A stretch of DNA of 58,673 bases from IMG/VR virus record IMGVR_UViG_3300030329_002153, positions 1 through 58,673 of that record. The stretch is one strand, 5' to 3'. Numbering within the stretch: position 1 is the stretch's first letter; every line of letters starts with the position of its first letter. The stretch comes from a virus (lineage: Duplodnaviria; Caudoviricetes). The position numbers were made by a program, and so were the translations under genes. Under the pieces are notes generated by a model. The model made no database searches, had not been told where the DNA came from, and worked only from the letters and a program-made list of their open reading frames with translations. Of this stretch, positions 46,988 through 56,688 are shown piece after piece.

Positions 46988-48148
46988 ATGCCGTCGACTC
47001 CGATCACAACATTCAACGACGTTGTTGACCACCTCCTCGATCACATGGGCGGGGTCGAGGAGGGTCGCAACGTCAAGATGGCCAGACGTTCGGTCATGTC
47101 CGCTTATCGCGGGCTTCCGTCCGTGTACAACTGGTCCTATTACTACAAGCGTGGTCGGATCAACACCGTGGCCGCATACTCCACCGGAACTGTGACATAC
47201 GACCATACTGGTGGAACGTATGAGAAGCAGTTGACCTTGTCTGGTGGGACATGGCCAAGCTGGGCCGGTCGTGGCATGGTCACAATCAGCAGCATCGACT
47301 ATCAGGTTGCCAGCAGGAAGAGCGACACGGTTCTCACGTTGAAGACAAGTTCCAATCCGGGCGAGGACGTTGCCGCTGGAACCTCGTATTCCATCGGGCA
47401 AGACACATACGTCCTGCCGGTGGATTTCCAGTCTGCGGACGAGTTCAGGAATGCTAGCCAGAACTGGGATTTCCCTGAATATGTGAGTCCGGGCGAGTGG
47501 ATGGAGCTTCACAGGAGCAACGAGTCGTCTAACCAGCCTCGTGCGTACACAATTCTGGCCGATCCAGACTACGTCGGTGCCATGGCGGTCAGCTTTCACC
47601 CTGCCCCATCCAGTGCAGACTCCATTGATTTCATGTACCAGAGGGTTCCTTCCCCGGTCAGGACAATGGAATATAAGACTGGTCAGGTGGTTGGTCAGGC
47701 TGGCGGCACGACGGTAACTGGAACGGACACAAAGTTCACTTCAAAGATGGTTGGGTCTGTGCTGCGATTTGGCACCGTGAAGAACCTTCCGGACGGAGTG
47801 GAGGGGCTTTACCCGTATGAAGAAGAGAGAATTATCACATCGGTAGAGTCTGATACGTCTTTGACGGTGGATGCTGTTCTCTCGTCGGCCCACTCTCAGG
47901 TAAAATACAGAATATCTGACATCATCGACATAGAACCCGGAGCAATGCTGGAGGCATTTCTGTCATACTGCGAACTCAGGATGTCTATTTTGATGAAAGA
48001 TTCTGACACGGGGGAAAAGCAGGACTTGTACGCCGGGGCACTTCGCCTTGCCATGCAGGCTGATTCCCGAAACTACGGAAGCGGAAAGACTCAGGGTGGA
48101 TCAGGTGTCTCTCACCTCCGAGACAACGCCACCATAACCATTACATGA
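46988..48148 (+). CDS. Head-tail adaptor (tubular protein A-like) with inserted beta domains
   Basis: Helical N-terminus with WSYY; YVLPVDF; P..Y; FHPAP; two inserted GTVT/TVTGT.T.F domains. Confidence 0.65.
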   Translation: MPSTPITTFNDVVDHLLDHMGGVEEGRNVKMARRSVMSAYRGLPSVYNWSYYYKRGRINTVAAYSTGTVTYDHTGGTYEKQLTLSGGTWPSWAGRGMVTISSIDYQVASRKSDTVLTLKTSSNPGEDVAAGTSYSIGQDTYVLPVDFQSADEFRNASQNWDFPEYVSPGEWMELHRSNESSNQPRAYTILADPDYVGAMAVSFHPAPSSADSIDFMYQRVPSPVRTMEYKTGQVVGQAGGTTVTGTDTKFTSKMVGSVLRFGTVKNLPDGVEGLYPYEEERIITSVESDTSLTVDAVLSSAHSQVKYRISDIIDIEPGAMLEAFLSYCELRMSILMKDSDTGEKQDLYAGALRLAMQADSRNYGSGKTQGGSGVSHLRDNATITIT

Positions 48149-48164
48149 ATCGGGAGATTTACTC

Positions 48165-48623
48165 ATGGCTCGTCGCTATGGAACGGAAGGCGAAACTACA
48201 GTCACTTCAGGCGCAAGTTCGGCAAAGTCTGTCATGGGCCTCGTGTCGGCAACGACGGTTCGCCCAAGGCTTTACGATCTGGTTATTGGCAGCGGTGATA
48301 GCCCCGCTGACAACGCCACGAAGTTTCAGATCAAGCGGTTCACTGCGGTGGGAACAGCCACCACGGTTACCCCGCAGGCTCTGGACCCGAACGATCCGGC
48401 TGCCTTGGCCAGTTGCCGGGATGCCTATACTGGTGAGCCAACCTATACGTCTGGTGCCATTCTCCATGCCATCAGCATGAACCAGCGCAACACGTTCCGT
48501 TGGGTTGCTGCTCCGGGCGGCGAGATTGTGTGCCCTGCAACGGCAAACAATGGTGTCGCCGTGTTTTCCTCTGGGTCGAGTGCCGCAATCGCGTATCAGG
48601 TGGTTATGTTCCATGAGGAATAG
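48165..48623 (+). CDS. Virion structural protein
   Basis: 152 aa, Ala/Thr-rich; GGAG RBS. Confidence 0.6.
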   Translation: MARRYGTEGETTVTSGASSAKSVMGLVSATTVRPRLYDLVIGSGDSPADNATKFQIKRFTAVGTATTVTPQALDPNDPAALASCRDAYTGEPTYTSGAILHAISMNQRNTFRWVAAPGGEIVCPATANNGVAVFSSGSSAAIAYQVVMFHEE

Positions 48624-48625
48624 GG

Positions 48626-48922
48626 ATGTCCGACAAAACTTGGACAGCCTCTAAGCCCAAGGGCCACATCACAATATCTGGCCCAGACGGGATTGTTGAG
48701 GCCGACACCCTCCAGTGTGTTCACTGCGGTGGGCACTGGAGGGTGGAGCCGGGCAGCGGAAAGATCCGTGGCTTTTGCACCAACTGCAATGGTCCCGTGT
48801 GTGGCCCGTCGTGCGCAGACTGCGTCCCCTTTGAAAAGCAGATAGAGATCATGGAAGGCACCCGTTCTCCCGGCGCGGTGTCTGTCAATGTTTCAAACAT
48901 CTGGACTCCGGGGAATAAGTAA
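48626..48922 (+). CDS. Cys-rich zinc-binding protein
   Basis: CVHC...CTNC...C...C..C. Confidence 0.65.
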   Translation: MSDKTWTASKPKGHITISGPDGIVEADTLQCVHCGGHWRVEPGSGKIRGFCTNCNGPVCGPSCADCVPFEKQIEIMEGTRSPGAVSVNVSNIWTPGNK

Positions 48923-50067
48923 TGGCACTGACAACAGACTTGGTTGCCTATTACCCCTTGTCGGAAACGACTGGCAACAGAAACACTGTGGTGGGTTCTA
49001 GGAACCTAACACAGAGCGGGGGAGTAACCTACGAAACCGGCATCGTAGGCACGGCAGCTAAGTTTACGTTCGCGTCGTCCCAATATCTGAATCACGCAGA
49101 TCACAACGACTTGGATCTGTCCACAACATCTTCTGCGTCAGAGTGGACAATCTGTGGTTGGGCATACTGCGAGTCATTCCCAAACCTCCAGCAGATAATC
49201 GCCAAGGGTGATTCGTCTATGCCTGATGGCATCCAGATGGAGTATGGGCTTCAGATAGGCATATTCGGTGATGTTCTGGCTCAGGTGGATTACGGGAACG
49301 ACTACCGCGAAGCCAAGTGGGATGCCCAGATTGCCCCCGAGGAGTGGTTTTTTGTCGCGGCTGTTCTCAGAAAAACAGGGGAAGACTCAGGTCTGACCAT
49401 ATACGGTGGCAAGACAACAGATTCAGAACTGACAAAGAATACTACACGGTTCACCCCATCGGCAGCCGCAAACAACCAAGGCGTCCTGACGATTGGTAGC
49501 CTGTACGGCAACCAGAACTTTATGAATGGCCGCATTGATGAGGTGGGGCTATGGAAGAGGGCACTGACAGACGATGAGGTGGCCCAGTTGTTTAGCGGCG
49601 GGTCTGGTACAACCTACCCGTTCGGCAAAACGGCGGGGCAGGATATGGACTGGGTTTCCCCGCCAGCGATTGTTACCCGCCCGTCAATCCGCACGGTGCC
49701 TGCGGAGTATCCCCTGCCTCCTCTGGGGGATTTGTTGACAGGCGCAGGGGTCGGTGGAACCCCAACGGTCGATTCGTGGCGTTCCGAGACCGAAGTGCCA
49801 GTCCTGCCCCGTCCTCTTTACCACAATGTTTACGCAGAACCCATCATCAACAATCGGGAGATTGTCATCCCTCCAGTTGATGCTTGGTGGAGCAATGCAG
49901 AGATTCCTACTCCGAGCAGGCCGGGACACTTGGAGGCCATGGCTGTTCCCGCTGTTGGGACAACGGCAATCTCAGAGGTGAACGTGCCGGAAGCTGTTGC
50001 CCCGCCAGAGGAGTACACACCGGCCCGAACAGAAGATGTCGACGAATACAGGTCTAGAAATGCCTGA
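48922..50067 (+). CDS. LamG/concanavalin A-like tail protein
   Basis: LVAYYPL, WTICGW, WFFVA, NGRIDEVGLWKRALTDDEV. Confidence 0.9.
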   Translation: MALTTDLVAYYPLSETTGNRNTVVGSRNLTQSGGVTYETGIVGTAAKFTFASSQYLNHADHNDLDLSTTSSASEWTICGWAYCESFPNLQQIIAKGDSSMPDGIQMEYGLQIGIFGDVLAQVDYGNDYREAKWDAQIAPEEWFFVAAVLRKTGEDSGLTIYGGKTTDSELTKNTTRFTPSAAANNQGVLTIGSLYGNQNFMNGRIDEVGLWKRALTDDEVAQLFSGGSGTTYPFGKTAGQDMDWVSPPAIVTRPSIRTVPAEYPLPPLGDLLTGAGVGGTPTVDSWRSETEVPVLPRPLYHNVYAEPIINNREIVIPPVDAWWSNAEIPTPSRPGHLEAMAVPAVGTTAISEVNVPEAVAPPEEYTPARTEDVDEYRSRNA

Positions 50068-50320
50068 CATTCCTGCATCAACATTACAGGTGAGAGAGTT
50101 TCCGGGCCTCGTGGCGGAAATCAACACGTTCAACCTACCGTCAGGCGCGTCCGACGATCAGGTGAACATTGTTCCGGACGATATAGGGAGGCTGAAAAGC
50201 AGGAACGGGTATGCGGTTGTGAGTTTTTCCGACGATTACACAGAGCTTGTCGGGTTTTTCTACATCGCTTATGAGGGCGGGTTGCTTGTCGATCACGACG
50301 GCAACTACGTTGTGGGATAA
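50060..50320 (+). CDS. Small tail protein, paralogue of 52481-52660
   Basis: MPDIPAS...REFPGLVAEI..F.LP.GASDDQVN...DDIG.LKSR.GYAVV.F. Confidence 0.75.
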   Translation: MPDIPASTLQVREFPGLVAEINTFNLPSGASDDQVNIVPDDIGRLKSRNGYAVVSFSDDYTELVGFFYIAYEGGLLVDHDGNYVVG

Positions 50321-52476
50321 TGGCAAACAGGCAGATCAAAGACTTCACGGAAGACACAGCCCCGTCAGGGTCTGACTTCGTTTTGAAGCAGTCGTCTGGT
50401 GGTGGCATTGGGTCAACCAAAGCTGTCACTATAGACAACATTCTGGGGCTGGTGGCTGCTGGCGATATAACCCAAGTGAACATTACAGCCGGAACTGGCC
50501 TTTCCGGAACCCAGAACACCACCTCCGGTGCCCACACCCAGACTCTCGCCCTTAGCCATCTCGGAATCCAGAGCCTTTCCGACCCGAGTGCGGACAGAAT
50601 TCTGTTCTGGGACGACAGCGAGACGGCAGCCGGGTGGCTCACTGTTGGGTCAAACCTTTCTTTGTCTGGAACAACACTCACGGCAACCAACACAGACACG
50701 ACATATTCTGCTGGTAACGGCATCTCTCTGAGTTCAACGACTTTTGCTGTTGCCGCCGGGGCGGGGCTTGCGCAGGAGTCCGGGGGGCTTGCCCTCAGCC
50801 ATCTAGGCATCCAGAGCCTGAGTGACCCTGACGCAGACAGGATTTTGTTCTGGGATGATTCTGCGGGGGCAACTGCGTGGCTGACCGTGGGAAGCAACCT
50901 CAGTGTGTCGGGAACGACAATCACGGCCACCGACACGAACACCACATACTCTGCCGGGAACGGCATCGCTCTGGGCGGGACCACATTTACAGTTGCCGCT
51001 GGCACAGGACTCGCACAGGAGAGCGGCGGGTTGGCCCTGTCGCACCTAGGAATCCAGTCGCTGAGTGATCCTGATGCAGACAGAATTCTGTTCTGGGACG
51101 ACTCGGCTGGGGCGTCAGCGTGGCTGACCGTGGGAAGCAACCTGTCGGTCTCAGGAACCACAATTACGGCGACGGACACCAACACGACATATTCTGCCGG
51201 GAACGGAATCTCTCTAAGCACAACGACATTCTCTGTTGCTGCTGGGACAGGGCTTGCACAGGAGTCTGGTGGTTTGGCACTTAGCCACCTTGGCCTGCAA
51301 AGCCTTTCTGACCCCGACGCAGACAGGATTTTGTTTTGGGATGACAGCGAGGGGGCGTTCAAATGGCTGACGGTTGGTTCAAACCTGTCGATATCAGGGT
51401 CGACGATAACCGCTTCCGCAGGCGGGAGTGGGGACATAACCCGTGTGAACATTACGGCGGGGACCGGACTGACCGGAACGACAGACACAACGACTGGAGA
51501 TCACACCCAGACGCTGGCTCTTAGCCATCTGGGAATACAGAGCCTGTCAGATCCCGATGCAGATAGGATCATGTTTTGGGATGACTCGGCTGGAGCCGCA
51601 GCATGGCTTACCGCTGGCAGCAACCTTAGCATCTCAGGGACGAGTATCAGTGCTACCGACACCAACACTACTTATTCTGCTGGTAACGGCATCTCCCTTA
51701 GTTCTACTACTTTTTCTGTTAGTGCAGGATCTGGACTAGCGCAAGAAAGCGGCGGGCTGGCTCTGGATGACCCGATAAACCTCGATGAGTTGACAGAGTC
51801 AACTGACGCGACCGACGACAAGATTTTCCTCTGGGACGAGAGTGCGTCCGCATGGAAATATATGACGTTAGACAATCTTCAGGACGCCATCGACACCACT
51901 GGTGGTGGTGGTGGTGGAAGTGGTGATGTGGTGGCCGGAAGCACCTTCACCACCGCTGGCGTCATCATGGCCTGCGACGGTGACGATAAAACCATCGACG
52001 CGCCCAACGCCACCCTGACCACCAACGGTCAGGGGATGACCGTTAGTTCCGCTGTAGCCACTCCGTTTGAGGTGAATTCCAGCACACGCGACGGGAACTC
52101 CACATTTAAGTTTGTCACGGGTAGCGGTGACAGCGGGAGTGCCCAGAATAATCAGTCGTCAATTCAAATTGTTGCCCAGACATCCGCCAACGCTAACCTT
52201 TATCTTGGCGACACGGACGTTGCCACGCGAGGGGGGCTGACGTACAAGAACAACGGCGACTCGTTGCAGTTGAAAGCAGCCGGTGCAGCCGTACTGGAAC
52301 TCGATTCGAGCAAGGTGGTTGAGTTCAAGATTGCTGGTGACAGCAAGACTGTGAACCTCCAAAACAACGCGATGGATGACACCATGAGCGGGGCAGCGAC
52401 GGTGACAGTCAACGCCACGGAATGGCTGCAAATAAAAGTGAACGGAAACACCCGATACATTCCGGTGTGGAGCTAG
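50320..52476 (+). CDS. Tail fibre with five ~81-aa tandem repeats
   Basis: LALSHLGIQSLSDPDADRILFWDDS... units; C-terminal WLQIKVNGNTRYIPVW. Confidence 0.88.
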   Translation: MANRQIKDFTEDTAPSGSDFVLKQSSGGGIGSTKAVTIDNILGLVAAGDITQVNITAGTGLSGTQNTTSGAHTQTLALSHLGIQSLSDPSADRILFWDDSETAAGWLTVGSNLSLSGTTLTATNTDTTYSAGNGISLSSTTFAVAAGAGLAQESGGLALSHLGIQSLSDPDADRILFWDDSAGATAWLTVGSNLSVSGTTITATDTNTTYSAGNGIALGGTTFTVAAGTGLAQESGGLALSHLGIQSLSDPDADRILFWDDSAGASAWLTVGSNLSVSGTTITATDTNTTYSAGNGISLSTTTFSVAAGTGLAQESGGLALSHLGLQSLSDPDADRILFWDDSEGAFKWLTVGSNLSISGSTITASAGGSGDITRVNITAGTGLTGTTDTTTGDHTQTLALSHLGIQSLSDPDADRIMFWDDSAGAAAWLTAGSNLSISGTSISATDTNTTYSAGNGISLSSTTFSVSAGSGLAQESGGLALDDPINLDELTESTDATDDKIFLWDESASAWKYMTLDNLQDAIDTTGGGGGGSGDVVAGSTFTTAGVIMACDGDDKTIDAPNATLTTNGQGMTVSSAVATPFEVNSSTRDGNSTFKFVTGSGDSGSAQNNQSSIQIVAQTSANANLYLGDTDVATRGGLTYKNNGDSLQLKAAGAAVLELDSSKVVEFKIAGDSKTVNLQNNAMDDTMSGAATVTVNATEWLQIKVNGNTRYIPVWS

Positions 52477-52480
52477 TAAA

Positions 52481-52660
52481 ATGCCAGACATTCCGGCTTC
52501 ATCGACATCCATACGGGACTTTATCGGTCTGGTTGCCGAAATTGACCAGTTTGATTTGCCGCAGGGGGCGTCCGACGATCAGGTAAACTGCATAAGTGAC
52601 GACATTGGAACCCTCAAGTCCCGACCGGGATACGCCGTCGTAAAGTTCGAGGGAGAATAA
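52481..52660 (+). CDS. 59-aa tail protein resembling a nozzle N-terminus
   Basis: MPDIPASSTSIRDFIGLVAEIDQFDLPQGASDDQVNCISDDIGTLKSRPGYAVVKFEGE; absent from the ORF track. Confidence 0.8.
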   Translation: MPDIPASSTSIRDFIGLVAEIDQFDLPQGASDDQVNCISDDIGTLKSRPGYAVVKFEGE

Positions 52661-52661
52661 G

Positions 52662-52979
52662 ATGCTCGATATTGGTTTTATTGGACACGTTGCCGCAGGG
52701 GGGAGCTTGCCCTTGGCAATTCAGTGTCGTGACTCAGAGTTCAAGCCAGTCAGCCCCACAAGTGTTCCGCTCTATCGTGTTTATCCGGATGGGTTCGGGT
52801 CTTACGCTGCCAGTGGGTATCTCGGTGAATCCGACACGGGCGGAAAGGTGGGATTCCGGACAGGGTCGCTTCCTATATCCACGTCGACCTTCTCTGCTGG
52901 AGAGCTTTACACTATCCTGTTTGAGTACAGGGCTGCCGGTTCAGAGCGAAAAGCAATCGGAACATTCTTGGTGGACTGA
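52662..52979 (+). CDS. Small Ig-like/beta-sandwich tail protein
   Basis: 105 aa; similar layout to the next gene (G..G..PL...C.D....P..Y.VY...G.YT..Y). Confidence 0.6.
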   Translation: MLDIGFIGHVAAGGSLPLAIQCRDSEFKPVSPTSVPLYRVYPDGFGSYAASGYLGESDTGGKVGFRTGSLPISTSTFSAGELYTILFEYRAAGSERKAIGTFLVD

Positions 52980-53395
52980 TGTACCTAGGCAGGTTTCAGA
53001 ATGGCGACTCGGTCCCCTTGAGGGTTCGTTGCGTGGACGCAAACCTTGATGCCATCAACCCAGACATTGCCCCGAACTATGTGGTGTACAGCGACACCTT
53101 TAGTGACGTTGCGACCTGCGCTGGTGTGCCACCGAAAGACAAAGACCGCCTGACTGGCCTGTTCGAAGACTCCTTATTTCTAGGGTCTCTAGACACTGGG
53201 TTTTACACAGTCCGATATAGCTGGATGGCAGAAGGACAAGAATTTGCGACACTCGACAACTTTGAGATCATTGGTGGCGGTGATGCCAGTGGTGCGTACA
53301 CCGCAATGCACTTCTATGGGCCGCCACATGCGGACTTCATTGTTGGGCAGTTAGACAGTGATACGGTGGACAAGCGGAGAAACCCAAAGGTCTGA
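52979..53395 (+). CDS. Small Ig-like/beta-sandwich tail protein
   Basis: 138 aa; coupled TGATG start. Confidence 0.6.
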   Translation: MYLGRFQNGDSVPLRVRCVDANLDAINPDIAPNYVVYSDTFSDVATCAGVPPKDKDRLTGLFEDSLFLGSLDTGFYTVRYSWMAEGQEFATLDNFEIIGGGDASGAYTAMHFYGPPHADFIVGQLDSDTVDKRRNPKV

Positions 53396-53396
53396 T

Positions 53397-55733
53397 ATGG
53401 CACACGTCCCGGTTCCCTCATTTTCTGAATCAGCAGACGGCATGCTGTACATGGCTCGCGGCGACCAGCCGATGAGGCGGTGGGATGGACTGCTGGACGA
53501 CTTCGTGGATGCAGGGGTTCCCGCCCCAACGTCCAAGCCAAATGTGGCGTCTACTTCTGGGTCTGGCGATTTTGTGGGTGAATACTACTGCTATGTTCGT
53601 TTTCTAGACAGCCGTGGTCTGGTGAGCAACCTGTCTCCAATTTCAGACAAGCTCGATATGGACTCTCGGTCAGGGACAATAACGAACGTCAAATGGTATA
53701 AGGTGCCGGATTACTGGATTATGATCTATCCATATCCGAACTGGCCGGAAGGTCACATTGTGACCTCAGAGGGGCACGGACTTGTAGAGGGGGAGCGAAT
53801 CAAGATCAGCGGGGTTGTTGGAGACGCTGGCGCGAACGGCACATGGAAAATCACCCTTCTGGGCATGGGGGATCTGGACCCAGCGGACCACTTCAAAATC
53901 CTCGACTCAAGATCAACGGGTGATTATCGTGCCGGTGGAATGTGGAATGCCGGAAGCGGTGCCATTTTGTATTCCAACATTGAAGTCCCTACAGACAGCC
54001 GTGTCACAAAGCGTCAGATCCTTCGCAACAAGGATGGTAATGTAAACACGTTCTACATCGACATTGAAGACGAGACCCTTGAGGGGACGACATTCACGTC
54101 TGAGAAGGATGATGACGAACTAGGTGCAGCCGTACCTTTGCGGGCAGAAGACGGCACCGACTTGAACATTGCACGCCATGGTGAGCCGCCGGATTTCAAG
54201 TCTGTGGTGGTACACCACTACAGCCGGATGTTTGCCGGTGTCGACCTTGACTACTCCGAGGGGGCCGTGTCGGTCACCAAGGATAGCACTACCGTGACGG
54301 GTATCGGGACAATATGGACAGCATCCATGGCGGGGAGAAACTTCTACCCTCTCGGTGCCAATAACACCAAGGCGTATTCGATTAGCACGGTGGACACCGG
54401 GGCGCAGACACTCACTCTCTCTGAAGACTATGACGGTGACACTGAACCGTACATTGAGTACAGCATTAGGACGGAGATCGCTGAACGCTCTACGATTCAC
54501 TATAGCGAGCCAGACCTGTCGGAGTCTTGGGATAGAAACAAGAAGATGTTTCTTACTGAAGACCCCTTGGCTGGGCGGATGACGGGGCTTATGTCCCTCA
54601 ACGCCTCTCTGTACATTCTCTACCAGTACAGAATGTACCGGTTGTCGTATGTGGCCACCCCTGCCGCCGATGGGAAGATTTTCCTGAATGCTTGGAGGGG
54701 GTGTGTTAACCACAGGTGCTGGGTTTCAGCGGAAGGTTTCTCATATCTGCTGGACGAGAAGGGGGTCTACCGTTACGACGGCAACAGCATCGAGGATCTG
54801 TCCGACATGATCCAGCCGATGTTCACAGGACAGCACAAATGGGCCATCAACTGGCTCGACACTAGGTATTTCCACGCATCTCACAGCCCGCAGCACCACA
54901 CAATCAGGTGGTTTGTCTGCCTGCAAGGATTCAAGTACCCCTACCACGCCCTGTGCTACCACTACAAGCATGGGAGGTGGTGGATTGAGGAGTACAACTC
55001 CCCAATCTCCAGCAGCTACACGGGTGAAATGGACGGAAAGAGGCAGCCGTTCTGGGGAAGCACAGGAAGACGGGTTCTCGCAGCCGGTGCGGCACCCCTC
55101 GACGGTGTTGCCGCCTCCGTGGGCGGCTTGAACGGAACGTTCGACTCATCCACTCGGCTAAAGGCTTCTGATAACACCAAGATATTCCAGTCCAACGTCA
55201 TAGGCTGCCCGGTTGTTGTTACCTCTGGAAGGGGCAAGGGGCAGGTCAGGAAGATTGTCGGTGTTTCCCAGTCTTACCACCTCGTTGTGGATAGGCCATG
55301 GGTCATCAGGCCAGATAACACCAGCAAGTACCAGATTGGTGGATTCCTGTGGAAGTACAAGACTGGCCACATGCGGTGGATCATGGCTCCGGGGACCAAG
55401 TCTGTTCGTGGTGTCGAGCTAGTGTTTGAGCCAAACACTGAGGAGTCACAGCTAACTTTGCGAAAATACCAAGACTTCTCTAGCTCTGCTGAGATCAACG
55501 ACTTTGACAGAACGTCAGAGGAGGGCGACGGTGCCGCAACAACCTCTGGTTCGGCAGATGTGGACATCGACATGACGGAACCCACGGGATTTGTGGATCA
55601 AAACTTCGACAGTTACCAGACAATACGCAGCAAATCCAACAAGTTTGTACGCATTGAGCTTGAGGGGTGCCCAAACACCGAAACTCACAAGCTGTACGAG
55701 ATAACTATCCACGGGGTCGGTGACCAGAAATGA
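53397..55733 (+). CDS. Tail nozzle/stabilisation protein (P22 gp10 / T7 gp12-like)
   Basis: 778 aa; IHYSEP...ESW, GCV, GVYRYDG, LS..IQP.F propeller motifs. Confidence 0.65.
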   Translation: MAHVPVPSFSESADGMLYMARGDQPMRRWDGLLDDFVDAGVPAPTSKPNVASTSGSGDFVGEYYCYVRFLDSRGLVSNLSPISDKLDMDSRSGTITNVKWYKVPDYWIMIYPYPNWPEGHIVTSEGHGLVEGERIKISGVVGDAGANGTWKITLLGMGDLDPADHFKILDSRSTGDYRAGGMWNAGSGAILYSNIEVPTDSRVTKRQILRNKDGNVNTFYIDIEDETLEGTTFTSEKDDDELGAAVPLRAEDGTDLNIARHGEPPDFKSVVVHHYSRMFAGVDLDYSEGAVSVTKDSTTVTGIGTIWTASMAGRNFYPLGANNTKAYSISTVDTGAQTLTLSEDYDGDTEPYIEYSIRTEIAERSTIHYSEPDLSESWDRNKKMFLTEDPLAGRMTGLMSLNASLYILYQYRMYRLSYVATPAADGKIFLNAWRGCVNHRCWVSAEGFSYLLDEKGVYRYDGNSIEDLSDMIQPMFTGQHKWAINWLDTRYFHASHSPQHHTIRWFVCLQGFKYPYHALCYHYKHGRWWIEEYNSPISSSYTGEMDGKRQPFWGSTGRRVLAAGAAPLDGVAASVGGLNGTFDSSTRLKASDNTKIFQSNVIGCPVVVTSGRGKGQVRKIVGVSQSYHLVVDRPWVIRPDNTSKYQIGGFLWKYKTGHMRWIMAPGTKSVRGVELVFEPNTEESQLTLRKYQDFSSSAEINDFDRTSEEGDGAATTSGSADVDIDMTEPTGFVDQNFDSYQTIRSKSNKFVRIELEGCPNTETHKLYEITIHGVGDQK

Positions 55734-56674
55734 CACTTCGTTCATTGCTTGGAACCGTGGCTAACAAGCTGCGGCAACGGGAGTGGGGCGCAAAGATTCG
55801 TGACGGCGGCGGCAAGATGGTCGACCCCGGCGTCAACGAGTTTGCGGAGGAGTTGTTTGTTGCCCTTACCTCGAACGCTCCCATTGAGCTACAAGGACCA
55901 TTGGTCCTGAAGAACCCAACTGACGGTCCAGCCATCCAGATCGTGAACACTGGAACGGTGAAGCACCACGGGATCATGATAAGTGACAGCGACGGAAGGC
56001 AGTCCAGTGTTGGCATTGGGACTGGATGCACAAACCTAGTTGCAGCCGAAATTGTCCCGCATCCGAGTGCGTTCATTGACCCTGAAGTGGCCCAGAAGAA
56101 GTGGTCTGCACTGGGGAAGGGGGGTGGCGACGTGTCTCTCTCTCCAAATACCACTGAAAACCCCAGCAATACACCCGCTGGTCCGGGTATTTCCTCAAAC
56201 ACTGGTCAGGGGACGGGCCTTGCCAGTGGTTTTGACGAGGGTTTTTCTGGCTCTGGAGTCCCGCTGAGAGTGGAGGGTGGAACCTTCGTGCCAATAGGGG
56301 GCTATGGTCAGATGCTGTCCAGCCTTCAGGAATCCTTCAGCACAGACACCACGTCCACCGATGGTGCCCATGCCGATGGTGCCGCATATCAACTGACATT
56401 GAACGGGACGCCGGTTTTTTGGATAAAAGACTTGAGTGAATGTACCGTGAGTCGTGGTACAATCACCTCGGTGGGGAGCGACAGTATATCTGTCACTTCT
56501 GCTGTGACCGAAAAGACTGTGTCTGTGGCAAAGCCAACGAAGCTGCGGGGTGCCACCGAATCGCCGTCGTATGAAGCGGGAGATGAAATATACTTCCGCT
56601 TTTCGTCTAATGGCACGGGGGTGTCCGGTTCGGACTACATTGATTTGAATGTTGACGCTAGGACGGCGTCGTAA
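55730..56674 (+). CDS. Virion/tail-associated protein
   Basis: 314 aa, Gly/Ser/Thr-rich; ATGA overlap with the upstream gene. Confidence 0.6.
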   Translation: MTLRSLLGTVANKLRQREWGAKIRDGGGKMVDPGVNEFAEELFVALTSNAPIELQGPLVLKNPTDGPAIQIVNTGTVKHHGIMISDSDGRQSSVGIGTGCTNLVAAEIVPHPSAFIDPEVAQKKWSALGKGGGDVSLSPNTTENPSNTPAGPGISSNTGQGTGLASGFDEGFSGSGVPLRVEGGTFVPIGGYGQMLSSLQESFSTDTTSTDGAHADGAAYQLTLNGTPVFWIKDLSECTVSRGTITSVGSDSISVTSAVTEKTVSVAKPTKLRGATESPSYEAGDEIYFRFSSNGTGVSGSDYIDLNVDARTAS

Positions 56675-56688
56675 TCTGGAGAGCCAGA

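Noticed and set aside
50060-52660. Duplicated segment near the tail fibre as a DGR template/variable repeat
   Set aside because: Differences are not adenine-specific, both copies are intact ORFs diverged largely at synonymous sites, and no reverse transcriptase is present.
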